Made by a program: the position numbers and the translations under genes. The notes beneath the pieces were generated by a model. It was given only the letters and a program-made list of their open reading frames with translations. It was not told where the DNA came from and did not search any database. Shown piece after piece: positions 9,201 through 16,679 of a stretch of DNA of 64,000 nucleotides. The DNA comes from Candidatus Woesearchaeota archaeon (GTDB lineage: Archaea; Nanobdellota; Nanobdellia; Woesearchaeales; JACPBO01). The stretch's first letter is position 1. Each line of letters starts with the position of its first letter. Location of the stretch: positions 15,570 through 79,569 of the forward strand of contig JACPBO010000002.1 of NCBI GenBank assembly GCA_016180285.1, in the 5' to 3' direction.

Positions 9201-11498
9201 TACTGTTGGCATTAAAGTTTCAAGATCATCTTTTGCCCTCACTGAAAAAGTATAGCTGCCCTGGCCTAATGCTGCCGTTGGAATAAATGTATATGTTTTA
9301 CGATCGCCTGATGAATTGGTGCTGAATGTTATGTCTGCTGTTGAGCTGTTTATCTTCGATAATATTATCGTTGCAGGCTCATCAAATATCACAGTTATTG
9401 TTGGCAAGGCATTTTTTGTGTAAATAACATCATTTACTTCGGTGCCTTCTGTTATGATTATGTTAAGTATGTGTGGCGGAGTTGGAACTGGTGTAATAAG
9501 TACGCTTTGCACGATTCCAAGATTATGGCTAGGATCTTCTGTGTAATATTTTATTATATTGTTGTCTGACGTTGCCGGGTCATTGTCGCTTGTAAGATTG
9601 AATAAAAATGTCTGGATTGCGCCATCATAGATAGAAACAGTATAATCATTTACATAAAGCTTTAATTGTGTTGTTGAATTGCTGTAAGGATGGCCTGCCG
9701 CGCCGCATTCCGCCTCTCCAGGGCCATAATGGCAAAGATATGTTCTGTAGCTGCCTGGCGCCAAAACACTCCTGCCATAGTCTGATTTGGATGTTTTATC
9801 GTAAATCTGAATGTCCAGATATTCGTATGAGTTGTCTGTTGCCTTTACCGGCACAATTGTTGTTGTTGGATTGAAGTAGTCTGCTTCACAGCTGTTGTTG
9901 CCATCTGCGCAGTCCTGCGCATTATTGTTGTCTGTGTTTTTATGGCACTTGCCATTTATATATTCGCATACCCCTATCTTGCACGAATCTGCGCCTGATG
10001 TTGTAATTCTATTATTTGAATCCAGGGTTATGTGTTGGGTTCCGCATTCTGTTTGCGTATAATTCACGCAGGTCATTGCATTGCAGCTAATAGCTGCTGT
10101 GCCATTGACATAACAGGGATAATTTGCTGTTGATAGTGCTGTAGCTTTTCCCAAAGTGCATATGTCAAATATCTCATTGTATGACTGAAGATTTGAGGCT
10201 GAGCTTGTTCCCTTAAGATTGCATAACTCGCAATTGCTTCTGTCAAGATCAGCGCATACTCCTATTCCGAGTTCTGCAATTGTCGGTATCCATTTGCAGT
10301 TTCCAACGTTGCAGTTGTTGCTGCTGCATGCTGATTCTGACCTGTAATCATAGCAGAGCATGCTTGGGCTGCACTCATAGCAATAGTTTGTAATTGAAGG
10401 CGACCTGTCATAGAAGCAGTATTTTGGAGAAACTGCCCCTTCACAAAGGCTTTTACTAAAGAAAATCCCATATGGATTTGCGCTTGCATTTGAGCATGCC
10501 CCTGCTTTAAGGCATTGCGCTGTTGCTCCTTCTGCCGCGCATATATCTGCATAAGTTGATGAACAGGATGGATCCGGGCCGACTAGCTTGTTGTTATCAT
10601 TGCAAGTATATGCTTTGTTGAAGCGGCTGCCATAACTTGTTTTTGCATTTAATAAAAAGGCATTTTCATCTGCGCTGAATCCTTTTTTATCAGTCAAATA
10701 AGTTTTAAATTCCAGATAGCTTGAATTATGAAGGCAGAATTTGTCGCTGCTAAGCTTATTCCAGCATTCTACATTGCCTGTTGTAGTGTTTAAGTAGCGC
10801 GGATCTGAAGCTCCAGATAAGGAATATTCTGCAACTATCTTGTAAGTGTAGTTTGTGTCCCATAGCACATCGCCGTCAATGTAGAAATTGTTTAGCGTTG
10901 TTGCAATCTGCGTGTATGAAGCGCAGTTGCCCGTAATGCATTTTGAAATGATGTATTGGCTGACAGTGCATGATGCGTAAAAGTTCAGCTGCACTCCAAG
11001 TTCGCCTTTGGGATATGTTGTTGTTGCATTAGGCGGCTGCTTATATGTTACATCATTGCATGCTCCTGTTGGCGGAGGCGGTGGCGGAGTAGTGGCGCAT
11101 ACATCTGTGCACGTTCTTCCGTTATAGGCTGTGAATGTTGAGGTTGATGTTGTTGGGCATTCTGATTCTATCACATAGCTTGTTCCGCCAGGGCAGCAAC
11201 ATCCCACGTTTGTGCATTTTGATATCGCAGAACAACCTTGTGTGCCGCTGTAATAATTGGCATTGCAGTTTGCATAATCTTGCGGGCCATAGCCAGTTGC
11301 AGCAGAATAATAATCAGAGTATGATGCTTCCGGTGTCGGGCAGCAGTTTGCTAATGCTGAGTCTGTGCAGATCCTTGACCCCGCATTTGGATTGTAGCAG
11401 CATTGCTGCGCCTGTGGAAATGTGAATGTAGCCAGTAATGTGATGAATGCTGCTGCGAAAATTACGAACACCGCTAGTTTTATTTTTTTATTTTTCAT
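6249..11498 (-). CDS. Giant (1749 aa) cysteine-rich, N-glycosylated surface adhesin-like protein with C-terminal TM anchor and K/E-rich cytoplasmic tail
   Basis: Signal peptide MKNKKIKLAVFVIFAAAFITLLATFTF; Cys-rich N-terminal region with poly-Pro (PPPPPPTG). Many N-x-S/T sequons; Ig/FN3-like segments (TPPTVTLQSPKDG). Four tandem ~40-aa Cys repeats (NGDETDIDCGGxCxxC...GKxC...DC...C). TM FNWFPILLAVLIIAALGGGGYAFYEYYY, then ~220-aa charged tail with repeated K-[IL]-[ST]-x-x-x-A-x-x-I-L-S-x-L motifs. Confidence 0.8.
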   Translation of the reverse strand: MKNKKIKLAVFVIFAAAFITLLATFTFPQAQQCCYNPNAGSRICTDSALANCCPTPEASYSDYYSAATGYGPQDYANCNANYYSGTQGCSAISKCTNVGCCCPGGTSYVIESECPTTSTSTFTAYNGRTCTDVCATTPPPPPPTGACNDVTYKQPPNATTTYPKGELGVQLNFYASCTVSQYIISKCITGNCASYTQIATTLNNFYIDGDVLWDTNYTYKIVAEYSLSGASDPRYLNTTTGNVECWNKLSSDKFCLHNSSYLEFKTYLTDKKGFSADENAFLLNAKTSYGSRFNKAYTCNDNNKLVGPDPSCSSTYADICAAEGATAQCLKAGACSNASANPYGIFFSKSLCEGAVSPKYCFYDRSPSITNYCYECSPSMLCYDYRSESACSSNNCNVGNCKWIPTIAELGIGVCADLDRSNCELCNLKGTSSASNLQSYNEIFDICTLGKATALSTANYPCYVNGTAAISCNAMTCVNYTQTECGTQHITLDSNNRITTSGADSCKIGVCEYINGKCHKNTDNNNAQDCADGNNSCEADYFNPTTTIVPVKATDNSYEYLDIQIYDKTSKSDYGRSVLAPGSYRTYLCHYGPGEAECGAAGHPYSNSTTQLKLYVNDYTVSIYDGAIQTFLFNLTSDNDPATSDNNIIKYYTEDPSHNLGIVQSVLITPVPTPPHILNIIITEGTEVNDVIYTKNALPTITVIFDEPATIILSKINSSTADITFSTNSSGDRKTYTFIPTAALGQGSYTFSVRAKDDLETLMPTVFAKAFVVDTTPPTVTLQSPKDGNYSLEATMAIIFNFSEKVFLDDVTVNGASLNISTFSSSSNKLFTKSQQFLDGSKTLVITAHDYAGNTVSSRTLFEIDAIPLVITMIQPPYNVSSTQRFNITLLTDKAVQCRQTLDISVQSFSNMAGFDSSNSTAHQLYNIYLADENNHNFYVRCNDTIRGLVNVTFIIRVDSSPPQIITAYANPSPVVEFPPNVTLNVQTNEATLCKYSNTTQNYALMEGNFSSYAQKQFNTIHRQIFYLPLEERSYTYYVACENLAGWASATSAINFAVNLSAPITIAVYTLAYSNMNQTKIDIGTNKNAECFWGISSSSMIYLFSETTGYRHKHTPGQQEGSNTYYAKCIAAGLWSDPVTITFLVDTKKPNMSYVDDSSNLANNTQYSYFSDRLQAKWHGTDAGSGIWYYQYLLEDSYLNVVVNWTTSSIDDQWYWLTKDNEPNWMQSNGTKLNLTNLRTYKFKVKAVDYANWTSDVMSSDGVTVDISKLPGHCIDLLFESDTETDVDCGKQCAGCISGKNCLINSDCLSGYCPNSTKKCANPSCNDDIRNGDETDIDCGGSCSDCPEGKKCIQDNDCATNLKCKSGICKKNIDSCKDAKLSGDETDIDCGGGCDPCSPDKNCLSNSDCKTNYCSPNKKCINQTCSDNVKNNDETDKDCGGSNCPKCHVGKTCLISRDCATNYCLNSQCTEKTTGSTTEPNPEKSGGFNWFPILLAVLIIAALGGGGYAFYEYYYKPYLQKKKPHYSPRMQQPITLSRPEAKPGFMQRPAHRSMEIKRAAEKKEREKVFNAFEEENTPEKIAEKPTEAKTEEKQVEQIDVAEENPGITKIKPEVKGDIFAKLRILAEKPKKEIKTKEKPAALKKETDKDEAFKRLKGVIKNNLKGDYAKKLIALAESRKIAKQDLSRTFSNLLKTKKITRGLAEEILSQLIKLDKIAKSDARSLLLNLADQKLITAAQAKKILSNLDAE
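6940..7660 (-). repeat. Tandem ~150-bp DNA repeats encoding 4 Cys-rich CGG-type modules within the giant gene
   Basis: Near-identical segments, e.g. ccgccgcagtctatgtctgtttcatctcc at ~7321 and ~7471; spurious plus-strand ORFs 7115..7566 echo the periodicity (PPQSMSVSSP twice). Confidence 0.6.
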
Positions 11499-11500
11499 TT

Positions 11501-12724
11501 TTATGATATCGGGGTCTTTACTTCTTGATAATCTGACAGTTCGCCATCTGTTGCATTAACAATTATTTTTAGGCCATTTATTTTGTCATCATTGGTTATA
11601 TTGTAAGGGAACGTCAAGGTTGCGTGTAAATTATTTTTATTATAAACAAAATCAACTGCATCTTCATCCGGGTCATCTGCAACGGGCTTAAATAACAACA
11701 CATCATTTATTTTGATTTCATTGCTTGTATTTGTGATTAAATCGCCCGCATTAAATGATCCCGCAGGATTGCTAATTTTTTGCAATGCAGGCATTCTGTT
11801 TTTCCTTGCAAACCTCATAATATAAGGCTCATTCCATATTTTTGACTGTGTATCCATGATATTTATCAGGTCATCTTTGTTGTAATACTCTGCTGTGACA
11901 ATAACCTGCATTTCGCTGCTGCTCAATGTTCTTGGGTCAAAGCCAATATCTGTCACATCCTTGTTTATTATGTTTTTAACAAAGTCATATATTGTTTTAA
12001 GCCTTACTTTCTGATTTGAATTGAATTTGCTGATCTTTACTTTCTGGCCCGCTGCTGTTTTTGTTATTTCTAATGGAAATACAAGATTAACTGAAACATC
12101 TTTTTTTCCGATAATAGTTGATGTATTCGGCGCTTCTGCAATAACGCTGAATCCCTGCGGCTGAAAAACGCTGAAATCTGTGCAGTTTCGGATATGGTCA
12201 TTCACATATGACTCAAGCTGCCTTTGCAATGAATGAGAGCCTTGGCTCTTATACAGTGGCGGGAATCTGTCTTCCCCATAAACTCTGAATAATGGCGGGT
12301 TGTTCGGGTAATCCTGCCATGGATAAGCTGGCAGCTCAGCTGATAAAGAAAGTATTGAGATGCTTAACGGCATTATTGCATAAGGCACAATATAACTGCC
12401 GTCTTTCAAATAAAATTTGCCTAATTCCGAAGCATCATATTCTTTTATTGTTCCTCCCTGTGATTTGAAAATCACGCCTCCCTGCTTTCCCAATAATTGC
12501 AAAGCATCTGCTGAGACTTTATCAAGGCAGAATGTTACATAATTCTGTATCGGCTTTATTTCCTGCAGCTGCTCTTCTGTCAATTCTGTTTCCCCTCCGG
12601 ATTCTTTTTTTGCAGCATAGCTTATAACATAAAAAACCAACCCGAAGATGATTAAGATGACTATTCCGATTATCATGAAAACCGTTATCTGCGATTTTTT
12701 GCTTTTAATGTTATTTAGTCTCAT
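11501..12724 (-). CDS. Type IV pilin-like protein (class III signal peptide), 407 aa
   Basis: N-term MRLNNIKSKKSQITVFMIIGIVILIIFGLVFYVISY (KKSQ-ITV like KKSQ-TEV of 3661..4188); 3-nt gap to giant gene downstream; overlaps upstream gene by 14 nt. Confidence 0.55.
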   Translation of the reverse strand: MRLNNIKSKKSQITVFMIIGIVILIIFGLVFYVISYAAKKESGGETELTEEQLQEIKPIQNYVTFCLDKVSADALQLLGKQGGVIFKSQGGTIKEYDASELGKFYLKDGSYIVPYAIMPLSISILSLSAELPAYPWQDYPNNPPLFRVYGEDRFPPLYKSQGSHSLQRQLESYVNDHIRNCTDFSVFQPQGFSVIAEAPNTSTIIGKKDVSVNLVFPLEITKTAAGQKVKISKFNSNQKVRLKTIYDFVKNIINKDVTDIGFDPRTLSSSEMQVIVTAEYYNKDDLINIMDTQSKIWNEPYIMRFARKNRMPALQKISNPAGSFNAGDLITNTSNEIKINDVLLFKPVADDPDEDAVDFVYNKNNLHATLTFPYNITNDDKINGLKIIVNATDGELSDYQEVKTPIS

Positions 12725-13439
12725 TTTTATTTTTTATATTTTCAATGATTTCATCAACCAAATGCTCTGGCCAGCCTAGTTTTATAAGGCCTTTTTCAAT
12801 GTGCTCTGCAGTATAGCCTTTTCTGATTGCATCTTCTATGTAATTTTTCAGCTCTTCGTTTTTACCGAGCTGCTTTTTCTCTTCCAGCTTTTTGAAAAAC
12901 TTGTTTCTCATTCTTTCAATGAAAAATATGATCAATGCTATCGCCATTATTACAGCGGCTATTATGATCGAATAAAGGCCTATTCCTGCAAATTGCTTTT
13001 CTTTTGAAGGGCAGTCTTGAGGGCATGATAATGGACTTTCATCCTGTCCGCATATGTTGTTGCCGCACTTCTTTGCATACCTGCCAACATCAATATCAAG
13101 CGCCCTTATGCCGGTTTGATCAAATATTTCAATTCTCTTTCCATTCTCAAAGTATGGTGTTCTAACAGTTGTTTTATTGCCGAACATTGAAAACTTGAAT
13201 GAATCCAGTATTTGGTTGTCAAAAGATGTTATTTCCAGCCTATAGCCATTTTCAGGCTCTACCCTTGCAGGAGCCTTGCCGCCTATTACATAGACGTGAT
13301 CCAGAACAAGCGCATTGCCTTTCAGCTCAAGCGATATTTCATAATGCTTGACTTGGCTCTGAGGCATTGCAGCTTGGACTAGGAATGTGTTTAATAGAAA
13401 AAATACAAAAACCGAGTAAAGTGTTTTATTTCTGGTCAT
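12711..13439 (-). CDS. Type I membrane protein with Cys-rich stalk (CGNNICGQDESPLSCPQDC), TM and conserved cytoplasmic tail motif
   Basis: Signal peptide MTRNKTLYSVFVFFLLNTFLVQAAMP; stalk motif immediately before TM IGLYSIIIAAVIMAIALIIFFI; tail ends NYIEDAIRKGYTAEHIEKGLIKLGWPEHLVDEIIENI, matching the motif in ORF 19719..20381 N-terminus and the 2364-aa protein C-terminus. Confidence 0.6.
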   Translation of the reverse strand: MTRNKTLYSVFVFFLLNTFLVQAAMPQSQVKHYEISLELKGNALVLDHVYVIGGKAPARVEPENGYRLEITSFDNQILDSFKFSMFGNKTTVRTPYFENGKRIEIFDQTGIRALDIDVGRYAKKCGNNICGQDESPLSCPQDCPSKEKQFAGIGLYSIIIAAVIMAIALIIFFIERMRNKFFKKLEEKKQLGKNEELKNYIEDAIRKGYTAEHIEKGLIKLGWPEHLVDEIIENIKNKNETK

Positions 13440-13487
13440 TTTTTTATTTCATGGTTTGTTTTGCAAATATTATTAATGCATGAGCAA

Positions 13488-14066
13488 TTATTTACAATAA
13501 ACAATTGCTCTTCTTTCAAAGGTCCAGCCATTAATGTCAGGACAACACCCGCAATTTCCACTATAGCGCCAAACAGTGTATAGATTAGCAGGGTCATCCT
13601 TGGCTAGCCCATCTGGGCTAGGAGAACCATAATACCACGTGTCATCATCACAAAACCTAGGTCCTACGTAATACCAGTCCTTATAAAAATACCCGCCACG
13701 GCCTCCACCTAAGTGCGTATAATGGGCTACTGCATCTACTGCGCCATCATAAGTTCTTCCAACCACGTCACATAATCTTGCATAATTGCCATTAATTATC
13801 ACATCCGCCTCCCATTCAACTGATGTTGGTAGAGTGCCTGAGAAAAAAAGCGGTATTCGGCCGCCTCCCAGCTCTTTAGCATCTATCGCCTTTTGTAATG
13901 TTTTCTGCATGCCGCTGATATTAACCATCACTTCCCCTGAGCTGTGTCCGAATGTTTCCGGTGATTCTGTATTAAACGCTATGACTAGCCCAAGGCCAAC
14001 TACAGCCAAAACAAAAGCCATTAAAATATACAAATGTTTCTTTGCTATGTTCAGTTTTATTTCCAT
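13488..14066 (-). CDS. Membrane-anchored hypothetical protein with Gly- and Cys-rich ectodomain
   Basis: N-term MEIKLNIAKKHLYILMAFVLAVVGLGLVIAF (signal anchor); C-term ...YSGNCGCCPDINGW; no recognised domain. Confidence 0.45.
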   Translation of the reverse strand: MEIKLNIAKKHLYILMAFVLAVVGLGLVIAFNTESPETFGHSSGEVMVNISGMQKTLQKAIDAKELGGGRIPLFFSGTLPTSVEWEADVIINGNYARLCDVVGRTYDGAVDAVAHYTHLGGGRGGYFYKDWYYVGPRFCDDDTWYYGSPSPDGLAKDDPANLYTVWRYSGNCGCCPDINGWTFERRAIVYCK

Positions 14067-14111
14067 TTTAGCTCACCCTTTTTAGTTTTTAGTTTATCTT
14101 ATGTTTATTCA

Positions 14112-15077
14112 TTATTTTAATTTTGATTTAATTTCTTGCTCACTTGGAAGCTTGATTTTATATTCGGCAACAAAAATTTCCTTTTTTAAACCACCCAATG
14201 CATAATGCACTGTTTCATCATCTTTAGTTTTGCAGATTATTAAGCCAATCGGCAAACGCTGGCCATTCTTCAATTTATTCTCCTTATACCAGTTAAGATA
14301 AGAGTACATCTGGCTCACATGAGAATGCTTAAACTCCTCAGTTTTTATTTCTACCAAAATATAGCACAATAATCCGGCATGGAACAACTCTAAATCAATT
14401 TTATCATAATTGCCTGCGATCAGTATTGGAACCTCTCTTCTGCCAATAAAGAAATCTGAGCCTAGTTCTTGGAGTAATTTTTCAAATTTATTCAATAGGG
14501 CATCTTTAAACTCCGTTTCTTTAGAATTTTCATCTAAGCTTAAAAAATTAAAATGATAGACCTCTTTGAAAATTTGTTCGGGTTCAATGGTTTTTAGAGG
14601 AAGCCTCTTTTTAATGGCTAATGTGCCTTTTTGGGAGGCCTTTTGGTATAGCTTCTTTTTGATTTCCTGATGAACAATTCTGACACTCCAGCCATTTTGA
14701 ATTATTTGTTGCCCATAAAAATCTCTTTCCTCTTTTTTTGCAAGCTTAATTAATTCAACAATGTGGGACCAGCTTAATTGTGCAGACACTGTCTGCACAA
14801 TTGGATATGTTCTGTAGAATTGGACTATCTCAAACATTAATCTCCTAGAAAAGCCTAAATCGTGCGCTAAGTTATCTAAGAGGTATTGCCCATAATCTGC
14901 CCTTTCTTTATGCTGCAATTCTTCCCTTACTATTCTCTCTCCTATCTGCCAGTATGTTTGCACCCTTACATTATCTACTGCCTTATAGGCCTGTGCTTTG
15001 GCCTTGTCAAGCAAAAATCGTATATCTTTAAGTACCTGATCATATTCTTCAATTTTTGATAAATCGGTTTTTTTCAT
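14112..15077 (-). CDS. DUF1016/YhcG-like PD-(D/E)xK nuclease family protein
   Basis: N-terminal ...KAKAQAYKAVDNVRVQTYWQIGERIV... matches the conserved DUF1016 N-domain (YWxIGxxI); C-terminal ...ELFHAGLLCYILVEIKTEEFKHSHVSQMYSYLNWY contains D...E-x-K nuclease-like core. Predicted cytoplasmic, embedded in the surface-protein array. Confidence 0.6.
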   Translation of the reverse strand: MKKTDLSKIEEYDQVLKDIRFLLDKAKAQAYKAVDNVRVQTYWQIGERIVREELQHKERADYGQYLLDNLAHDLGFSRRLMFEIVQFYRTYPIVQTVSAQLSWSHIVELIKLAKKEERDFYGQQIIQNGWSVRIVHQEIKKKLYQKASQKGTLAIKKRLPLKTIEPEQIFKEVYHFNFLSLDENSKETEFKDALLNKFEKLLQELGSDFFIGRREVPILIAGNYDKIDLELFHAGLLCYILVEIKTEEFKHSHVSQMYSYLNWYKENKLKNGQRLPIGLIICKTKDDETVHYALGGLKKEIFVAEYKIKLPSEQEIKSKLK

Positions 15078-15084
15078 GTTTTAT

Positions 15085-15387
15085 TTATTGCTTGGTTTCG
15101 CTTAATTGCTCATTTGTCCTTAAACAAGCTACATCTATGAAATTAAATGTCTGGTTTCCAGCAAACAAGCTTACGGGCTGGCAGTTTCTGGATTGCTGAA
15201 TTATTGAAATAATGCTGTTCTGCAACCCTATATTATAGCCGCTTTGCTGTGCAGCAAAAATCTGTCTGTTATACCACGAATTCCATAACAATCCTGCAAT
15301 TATAACTATTAAGATTGCTATAATGATGTAAAGGATTTTTGTTTTTTCCATCTTTTTCGCCCCTTTGGTTTCAATTTTGTTTTTCAT
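15085..15387 (-). CDS. Small single-TM protein (100 aa)
   Basis: MKNKIETKGAKKMEKTKILYIIIAILIVIIAGLLWNSWY; basic N-terminus plus TM. Confidence 0.4.
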   Translation of the reverse strand: MKNKIETKGAKKMEKTKILYIIIAILIVIIAGLLWNSWYNRQIFAAQQSGYNIGLQNSIISIIQQSRNCQPVSLFAGNQTFNFIDVACLRTNEQLSETKQ

Positions 15388-15388
15388 T

Positions 15389-16678
15389 TTATTTGCAGCA
15401 TATCTTCAGGCTGTAATAATCGCATTTTGCAACATGAGTGTTGTAAACAGGCGATGCTGTTGCCTGCGCTAAGGAGGCGATGCATGTCTCGTCAGCGTTG
15501 CATGCGCCGTCCCTATTCGCGCATTGTGTTGTGCTTGGCGAAACGCAGATATTTGTTGAATATCCTGCTATTGTTGTTGAAGGCTCTGCTGCATGCGCAT
15601 TTGAAGCTGCATTAAGCTTCAATATGGTTGTTCCGCAGCTGTTGCTTGTGAACTTGCTGCTTGGGCAGCAGACTTTGTATGCTGCATCGCATGACTGCGA
15701 TGCATGTGAATTAGTTTCTGCATTCATTGAAAATATGCAAGTCTGCTCTGCTGTGCATGATGCTGAAACTGCGCATTCTGCTGCACCTTCTTCTATTGAA
15801 AAGGGAGTAGATGCTGTATCTGTCAAAACAGGCGTGTTTGAAGTTGCTGTTATTTCTGCTGTATGATCGCCTGAAGGTGCATTTGCCGAATCCCACTCCG
15901 TCATATATTCGTTTCTGCCTTGGCTTGTAAGCACAAGGTCATCTGCCAATCCTGGGCTGTGTATGTCTGCAGCCACGTTCACGCCGGATTGTGTATTATC
16001 AACAACTGTTGCTGTAATTTCGAACATTGTTCCTGATGATGATGTGATTGGAGTAATGCTGATATCTGAAATTTCAAGCTGGTTATTTGAAGGAGTTATT
16101 GTGATTATAACTTTATCTGGCTGGCTGTGAAGCTCGCCATCATAGACTGTTAATTGAAACTCATAAGTTCCTTGTTGCGTTGCTGTGAATGATGGCTTTT
16201 GAGCAGTTGTTGATGATAAGGTTACAGATGTGCCTGAGATTTGCGCCCAACCATAAGTTAGTTGAGCTCCTTCTGGATCAGAACTGCCAGAGCCATCTAA
16301 TTGTGTTATTGTGCTAACAGCAGATGTTCTATCTAGCCCGGCATTTGCTATTGGAGGGGCATTTGCTGTAGAAACTACTACTGTAACAACATCTATCGCG
16401 GTTTTTCCACTACTATCAGTTATAGTCAAAACTGAGTTGTAAGTTCCTGCTGAAGCATATATGTGAGTTGGATTTTGCTCATTGCTCTTTGTTCCATCGC
16501 CAAAGTCCCAGGAATAAGAAGCCACTGGGTTCGCCGATATTGCAAATCCCTTGAAGTCAACTGTGAATGGCTCTTGTCCATTAACTGTTTTTGTCGGGAT
16601 TGTTATTTTGATTAAAAGCAGCAGCATGATTACTGCAAAAACAATTTTCAGGCTGTTTATTATCTTTTTATTTTCCAT
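15389..16678 (-). CDS. Secreted PKD-domain protein with Ig-like repeats and Cys-rich C-terminus
   Basis: N-terminal hydrophobic signal; canonical PKD signature FAISANPVASYSWDFGDGTKSNEQNPTHIYASAGTYNSVLTITDSSG; further beta-rich repeats; C-terminal Cys cluster (CAVSASCTAEQTC...KVCCPSS...KICCK). Confidence 0.8.
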   Translation of the reverse strand: MENKKIINSLKIVFAVIMLLLLIKITIPTKTVNGQEPFTVDFKGFAISANPVASYSWDFGDGTKSNEQNPTHIYASAGTYNSVLTITDSSGKTAIDVVTVVVSTANAPPIANAGLDRTSAVSTITQLDGSGSSDPEGAQLTYGWAQISGTSVTLSSTTAQKPSFTATQQGTYEFQLTVYDGELHSQPDKVIITITPSNNQLEISDISITPITSSSGTMFEITATVVDNTQSGVNVAADIHSPGLADDLVLTSQGRNEYMTEWDSANAPSGDHTAEITATSNTPVLTDTASTPFSIEEGAAECAVSASCTAEQTCIFSMNAETNSHASQSCDAAYKVCCPSSKFTSNSCGTTILKLNAASNAHAAEPSTTIAGYSTNICVSPSTTQCANRDGACNADETCIASLAQATASPVYNTHVAKCDYYSLKICCK

Positions 16679-16679
16679 T

